Shown here: positions 1 to 12,993 of the stretch, in pieces | Position numbering within the stretch: position 1 is the stretch's first letter | How the letters are laid out: each line of letters begins with the position of its first letter | Assembly (NCBI GenBank): GCA_048013815.1 | Contig: CM106586.1 | Location: forward strand, 3,596,001-3,660,000 | DNA length: 64,000 nt | Origin: Setoptus koraiensis | Taxonomy: Eukaryota; Animalia; Arthropoda | Direction of reading: 5' to 3' | The notes under the pieces: model-generated | The model's input: the letters and a program-made list of their open reading frames with translations, nothing else | Database searches by the model: none | What the model was told of the DNA's origin: nothing | Made by a program: the position numbers and the translations under genes

Positions 1-1101
1 TCAACAACACACACACACACTCGAACGTCATGTTGGGAACATGTGTTATTGACATGTGTCAAGTCGAGTGACAGCTCGCCAACTCGACCGGCGATTGCGC
101 CGTCTCTGACACAAGCGCTCACATTGGCTGGTCACTGGTCGCACAGGCCGTGCGCTGTAACTGACACACGAATCAAGGTGACTTATTTATGGTCACTGTC
201 GCTGTTTGTTTGGCCAACAGTTTTGGCCAACAGTTTTGGCCAACAGTGACAGCGGCGGCCGCTCGCGACGCCGAGCAAAACAATAAATCGCCAGCGAGCT
301 GTCAGGCGGCCAGCGCGAGCGGCCCTCTGTCGACCGTGTCTGTTGACTCTGCTGACTGTGTCGACTGAGTTGACTCGGCTGACTGCTGAACTCTCCAAGT
401 GTGTCGTTGCCAACAAGTGGTCAGTTCATCCAATCAGTGCCAACGGATCGCATTTCGCAGATTGCATTGGCAATAATTAACTTGGCGCTCGCTGGCTTTA
501 ATTACGCTCTCACCTGTGCCACTCACCTGTGAGCGCAAGCCACATGGAGCTGCCAGTTAATTATGTTGCCCAATGAGCGAAATTATCTCATCGTTTGTAT
601 TGCGCAATAGATTCATGAGCGCGCAACAGCCAACAATATTAACAACATTAACAATATTAGCAATATTAACAATATTGTGTCTGTCTGTCGCATGCAAATG
701 CAAGCGCTCGGCACGGCACTGATAGCGGCCATCAATCTCTGCTCGGATCACATCCTTTGCATGCCTGTATCTGGATAATGGATAATTATGCAATATCATG
801 GCAATATCATGGCAATATTATGGCAATATTTTAATCCATTTAGAATCTGCATTCCGGCTGCTAGCAAAGCGGCGCGCGCGTTTGTCGCTTGCGCTGCTAT
901 TTGCACAAATGTGTGCGCGCATTTGTGCAAATATCAATTTGTGCAAATCTCGGATTGTGCAAATCGCGAATTGTGCAAATCTCAATTGCGAGCGGCCGAC
1001 CATCGACGAGTAATAAGTTTGTTATCGCCGCTTGTAATTTATTAGCCCACGATGAGCCCATGATAAGCGAGCCGGCCGTTGGTTGGGCGCCGCACCATTA
1101 C

Positions 1102-1155
1102 TATTGCCACTATTGCCACTATTGCCACTATTGCCACTATTGCCATTATTGCCAG
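1102..1155. repeat. 9-bp tandem repeat (TATTGCCAC) x6
   Basis: Four perfect and two variant copies read directly. Confidence 0.95.
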
Positions 1156-3320
1156 CCAGAGATACTATATAAACTCTTTAGAGCGAGAGAGACTCTTTAC
1201 GCGATTAATGACGGAATAATGGTTACGTAATTACTGCAGCCACGGCCACAGCCCTGCTTGTGCGAGCTGCAGCCAGCGACACTTGATTAATGACAGTTGA
1301 GCCATAGATATTTATGATCGCATGGATAGATGTTATCAGGCTCGTTATTAGCTGTTGTTCAGTTGCAACAACAACAACAGCGCCAACAACAACGATATCG
1401 CGTCCGTCTTGTCGGGCCTTCGTTTATCTGGCCATCTTTGCAATCGAGAGATCGCTTTCATGCCCTAATTGTGAGCGTCTGTTTTTATCCCCCGTGCAGC
1501 TAATTAATCTCTGGCCGGCCAATCTCGGGCACGGTTTGGCCGGGCCGGCCCGGCCAGACCGTGCCCAGGCGACCATGGGCTGGCCGGTGGCTTACGCTTG
1601 CGCCGCACGCTTTATGCACACTTTATGCACACTTTTGCCACATCAATGCCATCAACCCCAGGGTCTTTCGCACTCACAAGTGTCAGTCTCGCCAATCTCG
1701 ATAACACATAATATAAAGATTATAAATTGCACATTATATACGCTACTACATACTGCCAATGTGTATGCCGGCCCCTCGCGGCGGGCCCCGGCATTACATT
1801 CTGGAGACGATGCCGACGCTTGGCTCTGGCAACACGTCGAGACAGAGTCCGAGACACGGGCAAGTGGCTGCGAGCCGCACTTGCCAGCAGTTGGTGCCAG
1901 CAGCGCAAGAGCGCGCCTCGTGTGCCAACGAGTGATTGTTTGATGGCGCTCATAACGGTCGCAATAACAATATTACCTGTTGAAACCGTTAAAACCGTCA
2001 GAACCGTTGCGCGACCGTTAGAAAACAAACGCTTTCAACAGCGACAAGTTTATTGCCGTTGTCATGTTACGTCGCGCTGCCTTGTTGTGCGTCATTTTGC
2101 GTCATTTTGCGCCGTCTTGCGCTGTTTGTGTGGCCGGCAAGCGAGTTTCGGCGAGCCTGTGCGGTGTTGGCGTGCTTCAGCGCAATGGTCGCAAGTTGTA
2201 GACACCGCCATTATGCTAATGAGGCCAGCGAGCATCGCTCGTCCGCCGACACGGCCGCTCATGAACGTACCCAGCGCCATGTCCGGTGCTCATGTGCGGC
2301 CAGCCCGCAACTGGTCGCTCGCTAATACTGAGTCGGTATGCGCTTGTTGTCGTGCGGCCGGCCCGCCAATCCGTAGCCCGTAGACAGCCGCCCAGGATAA
2401 AACAAACAGCGCTCGTATGTGTAGTGTGTCGAGCGTAGCTTGTTGCGCTCACCTGTTCACCTGTTGTGCGTTGTTTATTTATTTTTCAGTAATCACACCG
2501 TAAATATTGTATTGTTGTGGCTTGCGCGACTGGATGCGCAATTGTGCACAGGTGAGCGGATTCATTATTAAGTAGTTATTATATAGCCGAGCGGCACTTG
2601 TCGGTGCTGGTTCATTATTATGCGCGCTCGCCGTTATTATGCCGCAACACCGTTGCATAACCATCAAAACTGCGCCCTCGCACAATTGCCTTTATCCGTC
2701 TTCATCCGTCGTCTGGCTGGCTCATCGTCTGGCTGGCTCGACGTCTGGCTGGCTCGACGTCTGGCTGGCTGGCCCTCTTTTATTATCCGTCGCAGTTGTG
2801 TCGCGCATTCTTTCAGTTTTCTATTTCGAAATTCTCTCGGTTGTGTGGCCCGTTTTCGCAGTTGCGTCGCCCGCTTTGTGTGACTGTGGGCAAATTGTGA
2901 GCCGTCGTTCCGTTTGGCATTCGTTTTATTTATTGCCCACGACAGCGACGATAAAAACTCCATTCATGTTCTGTGCGCATGAGCGGCCCATGCGGCCAAC
3001 GAGCTGCCTCGAAGATAAAAGAAGCGTCTCTCTGTCACATAACAACAGGTTACGTAACCACACACACAGTCGCATGTCGTTGTCATGTAACGGCCTGGTT
3101 ATGTAACGGCTCGCATAACTGTGCATGTTACGTTGTCACAACGTCGCACTTGCGCACCGCACTTATGACATGTAACATGTGCACAGTGTGCGCTGAGCCA
3201 CTGACCGGTGGCCTTGCCGCCGCACTGTGTGACCTGTCGCCTGTTTTCACACGCGCCCTAACGAGCCGACGGTGGGAGTTGGCCACTCTCGTTTCGTTTT
3301 GGGCGCAAATTTTGTCTCTT

Positions 3321-3404
3321 TCGCAATTGTGACTCGCAATTGTGACTCGCAATGTCGACTCGCAATTTCGACTCGCAATTTCGACTGGCAATTTCGTCTC
3401 GCAA
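3321..3404. repeat. 13-bp tandem repeat TCGCAATT(G/T)(T/C)GAC x6.5
   Basis: Units read directly, with gradual drift along the array. Confidence 0.9.
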
Positions 3405-6322
3405 ATGGCAACAGCGACGCGCCGATTTATGCTGAATAATGTTTAATAATAACTTAATAATACAAAAATGCGATTAGCGTTTGTGTGTCATTAAGTTGTG
3501 CGTGCGTGCGTGTGTGTGTGTGTGTGTGTGTCGTACCGGCAAACACACACAAGCAACAGCGCGACAAGTGCAACAAACAAACCAAACAGCTAATTTGCAT
3601 GTTTGCCCGGCCAACCATCGGGCCCGTGCCCGACATGACGGGCTTATGGATGCCGAACGAGATTATGCAGATCGGCGTGCACGCCCACGCCCACACCCAC
3701 ACCGCAGTTGTTGTCGGCGGGACGTCGGTTGGGCCCGGTTGGCCGGTCAGCCGGCCGAGTGCTGAGCTGGCCAGACAGTTGCGGCCGGCATGTTGGTGCG
3801 AATGCAAACAAACGGATTATCCGGGCTGGGAGTGTTGCGGCCACACACACACACTCACAGCTTGCGACTGGCAGCTTGTGCGCCACAGCTTGTGAGCCAC
3901 AGGGCAACGGATAACGGTCTGTCGGTTCTCTGGCTGCCTCTTCGAGACTCTCGAACCAAGACTCTCGAATGGAAACTCTCGAATGGAAACTTTCGAAGCG
4001 AAACTTTCGAAGCGAAACTGTTGATTCGGAGCTTCCTTCCAGATTTAAATTCAAATTAATCCTGTGCGCCGTGCGCACTGTGCAATCTCAGGGGCCGGCT
4101 TGTCGTGGCCGAGAGTTGTGGCGAAACCAGTTCTGGCCGACAGGCCATTAGTGACAGTTGCCAGTTGACAGTCGCCAGTTGACAGTGGCAGTCTGTCCAA
4201 GCCCCGACCGCATGTTGCACCGGCCAGGCAGTTCGAACCGGTCACATTGAACACATCGCTCACATTTCGGCTTCATCCCACTGACAGTTACCAGTGACAG
4301 TTGCCAGTGACAGTTGCCAGTGACAGTCCGAATGGCCACAGTCCCGTGGCCGCGGCGGCACATTGCGCGCAGTCACTACCAGTGACTCACTGGCGGCGTG
4401 GGATTCTGGCGAGCTGTCGGCCCGGCCGTCGCCCAGATGAGAGATGCAGCCAACTGTGCGACCGACCGACTGCACGAATATCCGAGTATCCGAATATCCG
4501 ATTATGCGAGCTATATTCGGACATTTGACAATGTTGTCGTCGGCCGTCACAGGCTGTCCTCGCGAGTCGCATGCCGAGTCGCATGTCGTGTCGCGCCCCT
4601 GCAAAAGCCGCCAACAAAGCCGGTCGACCTTCGCCACAAGGCGATCATCTGCACACTGTTGATTGCAATCAATTCGGTCTATCTATTAGCCATCCGACGG
4701 GGGCCTCCTATCGGTAATTAAAAATAATAAATTAAATAATACACTCATATCGTGGGGATTATCTGACAAGTGCCAGCCAAGAGTGGACCGGCCACACTCG
4801 GTCCGTCGCAACTTTTGGCAACAACTTGTAACAACTTGTATCAAGTCGACGATGCTCGACTCTCGCCAACAGCGCCAGTGATAATCGGCACGCCAAGGGC
4901 CAATGCAGCTGACAGAGTGTTTATCCGAGTGCGTTCACTATGTTTGTTGGTTGTTCGTTTTGTTTGTCGGTTGTTCGTTTTGTTTGTCAGTTGTTCGTTT
5001 TGCTTATCGGCAAGACGCGCGCAGAATTAGCGAGATTAGCAAGCTTTGATTGAATTTGAGACAGCGGCCTTGGCTGGTCGACGACACTCGACAGAATGTT
5101 GTCGCGCGATGGGCGCCAGGCGATTCATTAACGACGGCTTAGCGACGTTAATGAGTCGCCATTCGAAATTGATAATCTGTCAATTTGTTGAATGCTTGCA
5201 ATGGGTGCGCTAACGACCTACGACGGGCGTTTGATCACGGCGCTGCGAATCGAGTGACAGCTAACAGCTAACAGTGCAGACGCGACAGACAGATAAGAAA
5301 TTCTTATTAACAATATCGCCAGCTAGCCACCGAGTGGGCCTATCAATGCCAACATAATGGGATAGTATTATATTTAGGATATTCGTTCGTCGTGTTTGCA
5401 TAAACTGTTCATGATAAACAACAGCGACTCTCGACTGGCTTTTCGCGAGCGCCGAGCTCGCCGACTGCCAAGCCAGTCGAGTGGAATGAATCGGCCGCTG
5501 TCGCTGTTGTTGTTGCCGTCGCTGTCGCTGTTGTGGCTGCTCAAGTGTCATTTATCATTATTAGCCATTTTGGTCGCATTAGACAGGTAAATATAAAATG
5601 TGGCCGGTATCGAGTGGCGTGCGTTTGCGATGCTCTGCGCCGGCCAGCCGATCAGGCGAAGCGGCCAGCATCGGCTGGCACAGTCGCTGGCTACATTTGC
5701 ATCGCTAATGAGCTCGCTAATGTTCGTCTTGTCGGCGTCGAGACGCAATTGAGCGCAAATTGCCTGCCTCTTGGGCGATCAGCCGACTGGCGGCCGGATT
5801 ATCCGTTGGCTCCATTTTACGCTCCAACTGGCGATATAAGATATATAAGAGAGATATTTGTGCAGTGAATAGTTTTACGGGCTCGCTAAGAGAGCGCGCT
5901 GATATTGCCGAAATCGCTAGAATTTCTGCCCCGTTTAATGGGCTAATTAGTGGCCAGATCGATCATGGCAACAACCAACAACGAAAGTGAGTTGTTGCCT
6001 CGTTGGCCGGCACACCAACAGGCGGCCCAGCAAGTGTCAGACGCGCAAGCAAGTGTCAGATAGGAGAGATAATTTGGCGAGCAAACTGCAAAATGTGTCA
6101 ATTGGGGGTCCAATGTGGCCCCTTTGTTGCTGTGGCATTTCTAAGCCCGTCACTGGCAGCACGGATAATTATTTTTGCCTTGTTTATGCGTGCCCTCGTG
6201 ACACGGAACGATCGTTCAATTAGGCCGAAATGGTTGATTTGTGAATGACATTGATTACAAGACAGCAGCTTGTTTTTTGGTGTCGCGTTCGCTGCTTGCT
6301 GCGATTGTTTGCGCGAAACGAC

Positions 6323-6526
6323 AATCGGTGAGATACGACGGTCGGTGAGATACGACAATCGGTGAGATACGACAGTCGGTGAGATACGACAATCGGTGAG
6401 ATACGACAGTCGGTGAGATACGACAGTCGGTGAGATACGACAGTCGGTGAGATACGACTGTCTGTGCGATATGATTGCTGGTGAGATATGACTGTCCGTG
6501 AGATATGATTACTAGTGAGATATGAG
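6323..6526. repeat. 17-bp minisatellite NNTCGGTGAGATACGAC: 8 near-perfect plus 4 degenerate copies
   Basis: Units at 6323, 6340, 6357, 6374, 6391, 6408, 6425 and 6442, then degenerate copies to 6526. Confidence 0.95.
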
Positions 6527-6878
6527 GCAGATATGAGCCATCGCGGGCAGAGAGCGTCCTAATTGAGACGATCCCAGACAGTCGCTGGCGATGGTCGTCC
6601 GATTGCGCAATCACACAGATCACATTTGCCATTTACCTGTTGCTGTTGTTGTTGTTGTTGTCTCAATTGCTGTCGTTGTTGTTGTTGTCTCAATTGCTGT
6701 CTTTTAGTTTTATTTAACTCATTCATCTCGGGCCGCACAAGCGCTGGCCGCTTGTGTTTGCGCTTTGTTTTGCAACCACCAAATTAACCGCTACTATTCT
6801 CGTCCCCTGTCCCGACCGTCGATCACGTTGTTGCCATTGCGCAATTGGCGATTCGCGATTTGCAATCAACACAAACAG

Positions 6879-6910
6879 TTACGCCGGTTTGCATTGCGTG
6901 GTCATCAAAG
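6879..6910 (+). CDS. Hil: Hillarin internal exon (32 nt), transglutaminase-like domain, encodes (S)YAGLHCVVIK(G)
   Basis: Bounded by acaaacag| and |gtaagt. The translation matches the Hillarin motif CSYAGLHCVVIKGYSKSAGYQPG, and its phase-1 end joins the next exon as AAA G|GC TAC. Confidence 0.9.
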
Positions 6911-7137
6911 GTAAGTCACCTGTACGGGCCAACCTGTTTCACCTGTTTCTAGCTGGTTGGCAGCTGGTGTCGTCCACAGCGCTCACAGGTATTATTATCA
7001 TTATTGGGTATTGTTTGTACTAACCGTTGTGCTGATTGCTTTCGTTCAATGTGACCAACACACACTATTTGCACCAATTGCACCAATTGCACCGATTGCA
7101 CTAATTGCATTGGCGCCATATCGCACAAATCACACAG

Positions 7138-7290
7138 GCTACAGCAAGTCGGCCGGCTACCAGCCCGGCGTGCGATTCGAGGACAACCGCTTCCGGAACT
7201 CGTGGAATGCCGTGTACGTTGCGGGCGCCTGGCGCTTTGTTCAGTGCAACTGGGGCGCCCGTCACCTGGTCAGTGTGGCCACTATGCGCG
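7138..7290 (+). CDS. Hil: Hillarin internal exon: GYSKSAGYQPGVRFEDNRFRNSWNAVYVAGAWRFVQCNWGARHLVSVATMR
   Basis: Bounded by cacacag| and |gtaagt. Near-identical to the Hillarin transglutaminase-like core as I recall it from insects. 43 of 51 codons end in G/C. Confidence 0.93.
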
Positions 7291-7496
7291 GTAAGTATCG
7301 ATCGGATTTAGCGATTCGCTCGCGTCCAGCGCCAATCAACTCGCCAACCAATTAGACTAGTCAACCGATTAGACTAGTCAACCAGCGGCCAGTCAATTAA
7401 TTAATCGATTCATTATTATCATTGGCATTGTCTTTTCTTTTTCGGCGCGTCCCGTTTTCCGCGTCACTGGGCGCCGTGCGCGTTTTGCTCCAACAG

Positions 7497-9394
7497 ACCG
7501 CGGCCAACTAGTCAGCCAGCAGCGCTCATGCACCTCGGGCGCCTCGTCGGCCTCGTCGTCGTCGCCGCCCCTGTCTGTGTCGCCCACTAGCGGCCATCAT
7601 CAGCAACAGGCCGGCGGCCGGTCGACCGCCAGACTGGCCGGCGCCCCCGGACAGCGCTCGCGCGACCCCCTGTCCGGTGGGCCCAATCAGCAGCGGCATC
7701 AGCACCAGTACAACTTGAGCTCGCCACACACCAACGCGCAACAAATGGCCCCCAATTACACTGACACCAATTACACGGACACCAATGGGTCGCATCGTCA
7801 CCAGCAGCTCGGCGGTTATCATGCCGGCTTGGCGCCCAAATGTTGCGCCCAAGCAGCTCAGGCGATGGTTAGTGCGCGTTCGCCCACCGCGGCCGCCGCC
7901 CAACAGCCCCGACTGGGCGGCCCGTCTCCGGGTTCCGGTGCGCACGGCGGCTCGTCGACGGGTTCCGGCGGTCAGCACAGCGGCGGCAGCGGCCGAAGCA
8001 GCAGTTCTAGCCGGTCGAGCAGCGCCAGCAGCAGCAGCCAGAGTGGGTTGAGCAGTGCAGGCGACAATCTCAGATACGAGTACGACGATCACTATTTTCT
8101 CACTGATCCCGAGGAGTTCATATACGAATTCTTTCCGCTGCAACCCGAATGGCAGCTGCTGAAGCGGCCAATATCGTTGCGCGAATTCGAACAGTTGCCC
8201 TTCGTGCGGTCCCTGTTCTTCCGGTACGGATTGTATTTCCCCCAGGAGAGCATCCGGTCTGTGTTGTACACGGACAACTCCGGCGCCACCACCATCAAAA
8301 TAGGCATGCCCAATCACATGATACCCAGCCTGATATTTCACTACAATCTCAAGTTTCACGCCGATCACGCCGACCAGCCGCAGCAGCAACATCCCGCGGC
8401 TAGACAGCAGCAGCAGCGGCATTACGTGAGCGCCCAACAACCTGTTGCGGCCGCTCATAATGGTGCTCATACTACCGCCAACAACAACAACAACAACAAC
8501 AACAACATGGCGCTAATGAGCCAACAGCAGCAGGCGCCCATCAATCAGCATAATCAAAATACTCAATTGGCCGGCCAGATGATGACCGGCATGCCCAAGG
8601 CGCAAATGGCGCTGGCGTGCCAGCAGAGCACGGCGGACGGAGGCGACCATTTCGACGGTGTCAGTCTGAAGCGGTTCGTCATGCAATCGGTCGAGTCAAA
8701 TTCAATTGTGTCGTTCAGGGTTCATTTGCCCACCAACGGCCAGTACATAATGGACATATTTGCCAATTCAACAACACCCAAACAATACGTTACAGGCGAA
8801 CCGATGAAATTTAAGAGTGTGTGCAAATTCAAGATAGTGGCCAAAGACCTCAAGACGGTCATGATTCCGTTGCCCGATTGCGCCAGCGGCGAGTACGGCC
8901 CCATGAAGGCGACCAGATTGTTTGGACTCATACCCATCAGTCATGATAATGGTTTGATATTGGCCCAACAGCGCCAATTAGAGATTCAATTTCGCATGAC
9001 CAGGCCAATGATGGACTTTATGGCGTCGTTGCACAAGAATGGTTACGATGAGCGCAAATTGGCCGATTTAATACAAACGCACGTCGACGGTCACATTGTT
9101 ACATTTTACATTAATTTCTTCGAGGACGGCCAATACGGTCTGGACATTTATACCCGCGACACAACAACAACAACAACAGCGACACCAAGCAAAGCGGCTG
9201 CAACCACAAACAACAACAATACTCAACAAGCAAACAACAATAACAACAATATTGTTATATCAACTAATCCAACTAGTGCCAATCAAGACTTCAAACAATT
9301 GCTCACTCACTGCTGTAAATATCTCATCAATGTCAAGACTCAATCCAATCACATTGTGGCCAACTCTAATCACTCGCCGTTGGCCAGCCGATGA
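7497..9394 (+). CDS. Hil: Hillarin terminal exon (acceptor either 7496 or the in-frame alternative 8060)
   Basis: Contains LRYEYDDHYFLTDPEEFIYEFFPLQPEWQLL, DGVSLKRFVMQS, GEYGPMKATRLFGLIP, GQYGLDIYTR and LLTHCCKYLIN, all Hillarin C-terminal motifs. TGA at 9392-9394; AATAAA at 9530 and 9538. Both candidate CAG acceptors are phase-1 compatible with the 7290 donor. Confidence 0.88.
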
Positions 9395-10794
9395 CCTGAG
9401 CCGTTTCTTTCTTCCTTGTATCATCATCGTTTTGAGCAACACACTTGCAAATAACACACACACACAAATTCTACAGTGCCCATAATACCCATAAACACCC
9501 ATTACACAACGAAAGTGTTTGCACGAACAAATAAACGAATAAATAATTTAACACAATACTAAATTGCTGAATTGCTGCCGCCTCAGTTTCTTGTCGTATG
9601 TTATCAGTGATTAGTTATCACTTTCTTGGCCATATATCACCATTGTTCTTGTCAGTGTGCGTGGGCGCCCACTTGGCCCGAGCGTCCTTGTCGAGCTGCT
9701 TGGCTTCGTTTGTCTTGGCGACAAGTTTCTCACGTCCACTGCTGGTCGTGTGACAACGCTCGCTTGTTTGGGCAACTTGAAGCAACAAATTAGTCATAAC
9801 TTGCGGCGACCTTGGCGCCGGTCGAGCCACCAAATCACAAAACCACTGAAGCAAGTCAGCCAGCAGAGATCTTAAAAGGCTATATATACATGTATATTTA
9901 CAGGTATAAGCGGCTGAGCGACTCGGCAACAAGTGGCCAAAACTTGCTGCCACTTGTTTGCCGACACAACAATTTTTGTGGCTCGAGCAAGCGAGCGCCG
10001 GCAATTCACCGGCCAACACTAACAGCGTTATATCATGCCGGTTCGAAATGAGGCTGCCGGTTAGTTGTTTTGGGGCTCTTGTCTGAGTGTGTATCACGCA
10101 ACTAAATAAATCTCAATAAACAATTAATCAAATGTTTATAAGCTCATTTCAATTTCACTGCATTGTTCACCAACAGCAACTAGTCGAGCATAGTTCCACG
10201 CTGTTTATTGTTCAGCTTGTTGGAGCCTAGCAATGGCGAAGTACATGCGCTATTCAGATATAGACATATCTGAATGGAATGGTTGATTGTGTGAAGTTTG
10301 TTTATGCCTACTATAATTGTTGTTGTCGTGTCCACAAACAGCCAACATTAATTAACAACAACAACAACAAGTCACTCAAGTGGCCAGCTTTGCTCTTGCA
10401 GCTTGTCAGTTTGGCCTAACAATGCTGATAGATTACGCAACTGCCCACCATGAATAAACTTGCGGGCTTTTCGTGCGTAGTCATTGCGTCAAATTGATTT
10501 TATTGACTTTCGCCGTGTATGATTGATTGATCATACACGAAGAAAACGACGAGGCCATTAACACAACAACAACAACAACAACAACAACAACGGCGACACA
10601 GCAAGGTGCAGGTTTAATATTTATTCATTGTGTGTCGGTCGACAATCGCCAGCACAAACGAGAGAAACAAGACAGATAAAAAATCAACACGCTAAAAGAT
10701 GCAAACAAATCAACAAGCGATCAACTGGCCGCACGAGTGCAATCGTTATTACAACCAAGTCGGTCATTTAGTATGATGGTAACGATGCCAAAAA

Positions 10795-12372
10795 ATGGCC
10801 AACTGTTATTGTAATGGCAAAATTTATCACCAAGGCGCCATTTTAGGCGTCTTGTTGATGGTTGTTCACACCATTATAACCGTACAAACAATCTCAAACG
10901 GGCCTGTGTCAGCACTCGTTAACAATAAAACTAACTATTTTCAAAATAATAATAACAGCGCCAATCAACATAACCAATCAGATATAACAAATAATCTAAT
11001 TCTGTCTGACGCAACCACAAACGGGGCGCCCATCAAGAAAGAGCCAAAGGTCAAAACTTGGACCCATAGTGACTCGTATGAGTGGTCAAGCACAAGCGAC
11101 GGCACTAGGGAGGAAACGATCGATAGTAATGGCAGGAAACGCATCAAAACTAAACTCATCAACTATCTTCGAGCCCCCAATTCAATAGACAATCCGGCGC
11201 CGGCAGCACAACAGCAACACACCTCTGCTGTATCAAATCAAAATAATGAAAAGGTTCTTACCAATCATCAATTATCGCCACAGGCTAAGGTGATTCCATC
11301 GCACAAGAGTGATGGCGCCAACAACAGTGCTCCGTCATTAGTGAAAAATAATCCACTCGACCATCCGCATGTAAACCAATCAGCAATCGAGCTCGATGGC
11401 AATCATCAGCGATTTCCTATCGACGGTGTACCGTTGGCATATAAACAAACGCCAGTGTTTATATCGAGCACGTTAAGACACTTGGGGCCTAGCACTCGGC
11501 GTGGCAATGCGCTTACGAAAACTGATGCCGATAGTATTATCGATCGAAACAATAAAAATCACATCACCACTTACAATTTCCCTGATTCAGATATGAGAGT
11601 TCACATTGGAGATGAGGACGCAGATAGCGATCAACCTTCCAGTGCCTTAAAAGCACAACTTGATGACGCAATCTTTGACACTATGAGCAGTCATCTTAAC
11701 AATGGATTCCAGCATAGACAACAGCAAAACATTGACCAATTAACACCAGCGAAACAGAGACTTACTATAGATGGCCAGCCATTGATACAAGACAATGGCG
11801 ATCAGCTAAAGATTAATCTGAACAATATTATCAGGCAAATGACACAAGATGGTCCGATTGTGCAAAGGCCGAACTTGCAGATTGCAACCAATCGAGTTAG
11901 CCTAGACCCCGGTCAACCGAGCCAAAATGGTCAAGCCTCGTCGTTACACTATAATGTGCCGTTACAACAACAACAACTACAACAACAGCCGATCCAGCCA
12001 TTGAATACTCCTTGGACAGTCCAGCGAAGAGTTTACGTAATAAGCTATCCGCAAACTTCGGACAATAGTACGCTAGAGCAAAAAAGCGACCATAACGGTT
12101 CCTCGACAAACCAAACAGCAGGACCACAAACACAACAACAAATAATCAACGGTAGAAAACCGCAAACAATCGTTCACGTATTTGAGCAAACGCAACACAT
12201 TTTGGGCAATCCAAACATACCAGCTACAGGAGACCAAAAAAATAGAATGTATCAGTACCCGGGCTTAGGGTCGAGTGTCACAACAGGAGGTCAACAGCCA
12301 GTCAATGATGGACCAGCCGGCCCGAGCCATTATATACCGAAAATTGATAATCTATTCAATTTGTGGAATTGA
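10795..12372 (+). CDS. Uncharacterised 525-aa Q/N/S/T-rich protein with an N-terminal hydrophobic segment (putative secreted protein)
   Basis: 1578-nt uninterrupted ORF in AT-rich DNA, where long chance ORFs are unlikely. The segment AILGVLLMVVHTIITVQTIS resembles a signal peptide. No domain recognised. Confidence 0.7.
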   Translation: MANCYCNGKIYHQGAILGVLLMVVHTIITVQTISNGPVSALVNNKTNYFQNNNNSANQHNQSDITNNLILSDATTNGAPIKKEPKVKTWTHSDSYEWSSTSDGTREETIDSNGRKRIKTKLINYLRAPNSIDNPAPAAQQQHTSAVSNQNNEKVLTNHQLSPQAKVIPSHKSDGANNSAPSLVKNNPLDHPHVNQSAIELDGNHQRFPIDGVPLAYKQTPVFISSTLRHLGPSTRRGNALTKTDADSIIDRNNKNHITTYNFPDSDMRVHIGDEDADSDQPSSALKAQLDDAIFDTMSSHLNNGFQHRQQQNIDQLTPAKQRLTIDGQPLIQDNGDQLKINLNNIIRQMTQDGPIVQRPNLQIATNRVSLDPGQPSQNGQASSLHYNVPLQQQQLQQQPIQPLNTPWTVQRRVYVISYPQTSDNSTLEQKSDHNGSSTNQTAGPQTQQQIINGRKPQTIVHVFEQTQHILGNPNIPATGDQKNRMYQYPGLGSSVTTGGQQPVNDGPAGPSHYIPKIDNLFNLWN

Positions 12373-12993
12373 TAGTGTGTATATCCGTTTCAAACAATAG
12401 GCAACAATTAACAGATAAAAACTGCGAATCAAAGCGTGTGTTTCCAGAGTATTGTAAGTTTTTCTTTTGGTACTTTAATTTGATGAGCAAGAAAGTAGAT
12501 CCAGGTTGGCCTAGCCCTAATTGAGCAAGCTGTCTTGGCTTTTTGATTATGTATGTGTGCGGTGTTGTCACCTAAATGCATTTGATTTCATTATAATACT
12601 CACTGACCAACGTGACCGAAGAGATTGAAAGGGAGAGAGAGAGAAAGAGAGAGGTTTAAGGTAGTCAGTTGAAATTTTCCTCAGTATATGTAATAAGTAG
12701 CATGTATGCGAATTTTGGTTTGTGTTTGCGACACTCATCGAATACTATAGCTATAGTAGTTTCATCAGGTTTCGTCAGCAAACTGATTTTGATTTGGCAC
12801 TCAATTCCACACTCGTATAATCGGGTTTTATGTGATAATACAAGCTCTACTTCAGTGCACGTACATGATCCAACATACTCAGATCATAATGCGATACTTA
12901 CAGGAAAGAATAGTCCAAAAGGGGCGCGTAAAAGCATGTGACTAGCTATTGTTGTATGAAAAGAAAATGACTTGATTAATTTCTGGAGAACCA

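Noticed and set aside
4770-5030. TCNNLYQVDD resembling the Hillarin LIM start (C..VYQVDRVGP)
   Set aside because: Similarity stops after a few residues, the motif arises from a local ACAACTTGT duplication, and the LIM exon should lie much further upstream.
6323-6526. 17-bp repeat array as a CRISPR
   Set aside because: Units are contiguous with only 2-3 variable bases and no unique spacers; there are no cas genes and the context is a eukaryotic intron.
12448-12453. Possible 6-nt microexon (tttccag|AGTATT|gtaagt)
   Set aside because: It lies after the orphan gene's stop codon, and no partner donor or acceptor could be assigned.
12669-12941. HDPTYSDHNAIL resembling the SDH end of an APE/EEP endonuclease (LINE or Helitron)
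   Set aside because: Upstream EEP motifs (GDFN, IDxxF) are absent, the ORF is 90 aa with a non-ATG start, and no RT or helicase remnant is nearby.
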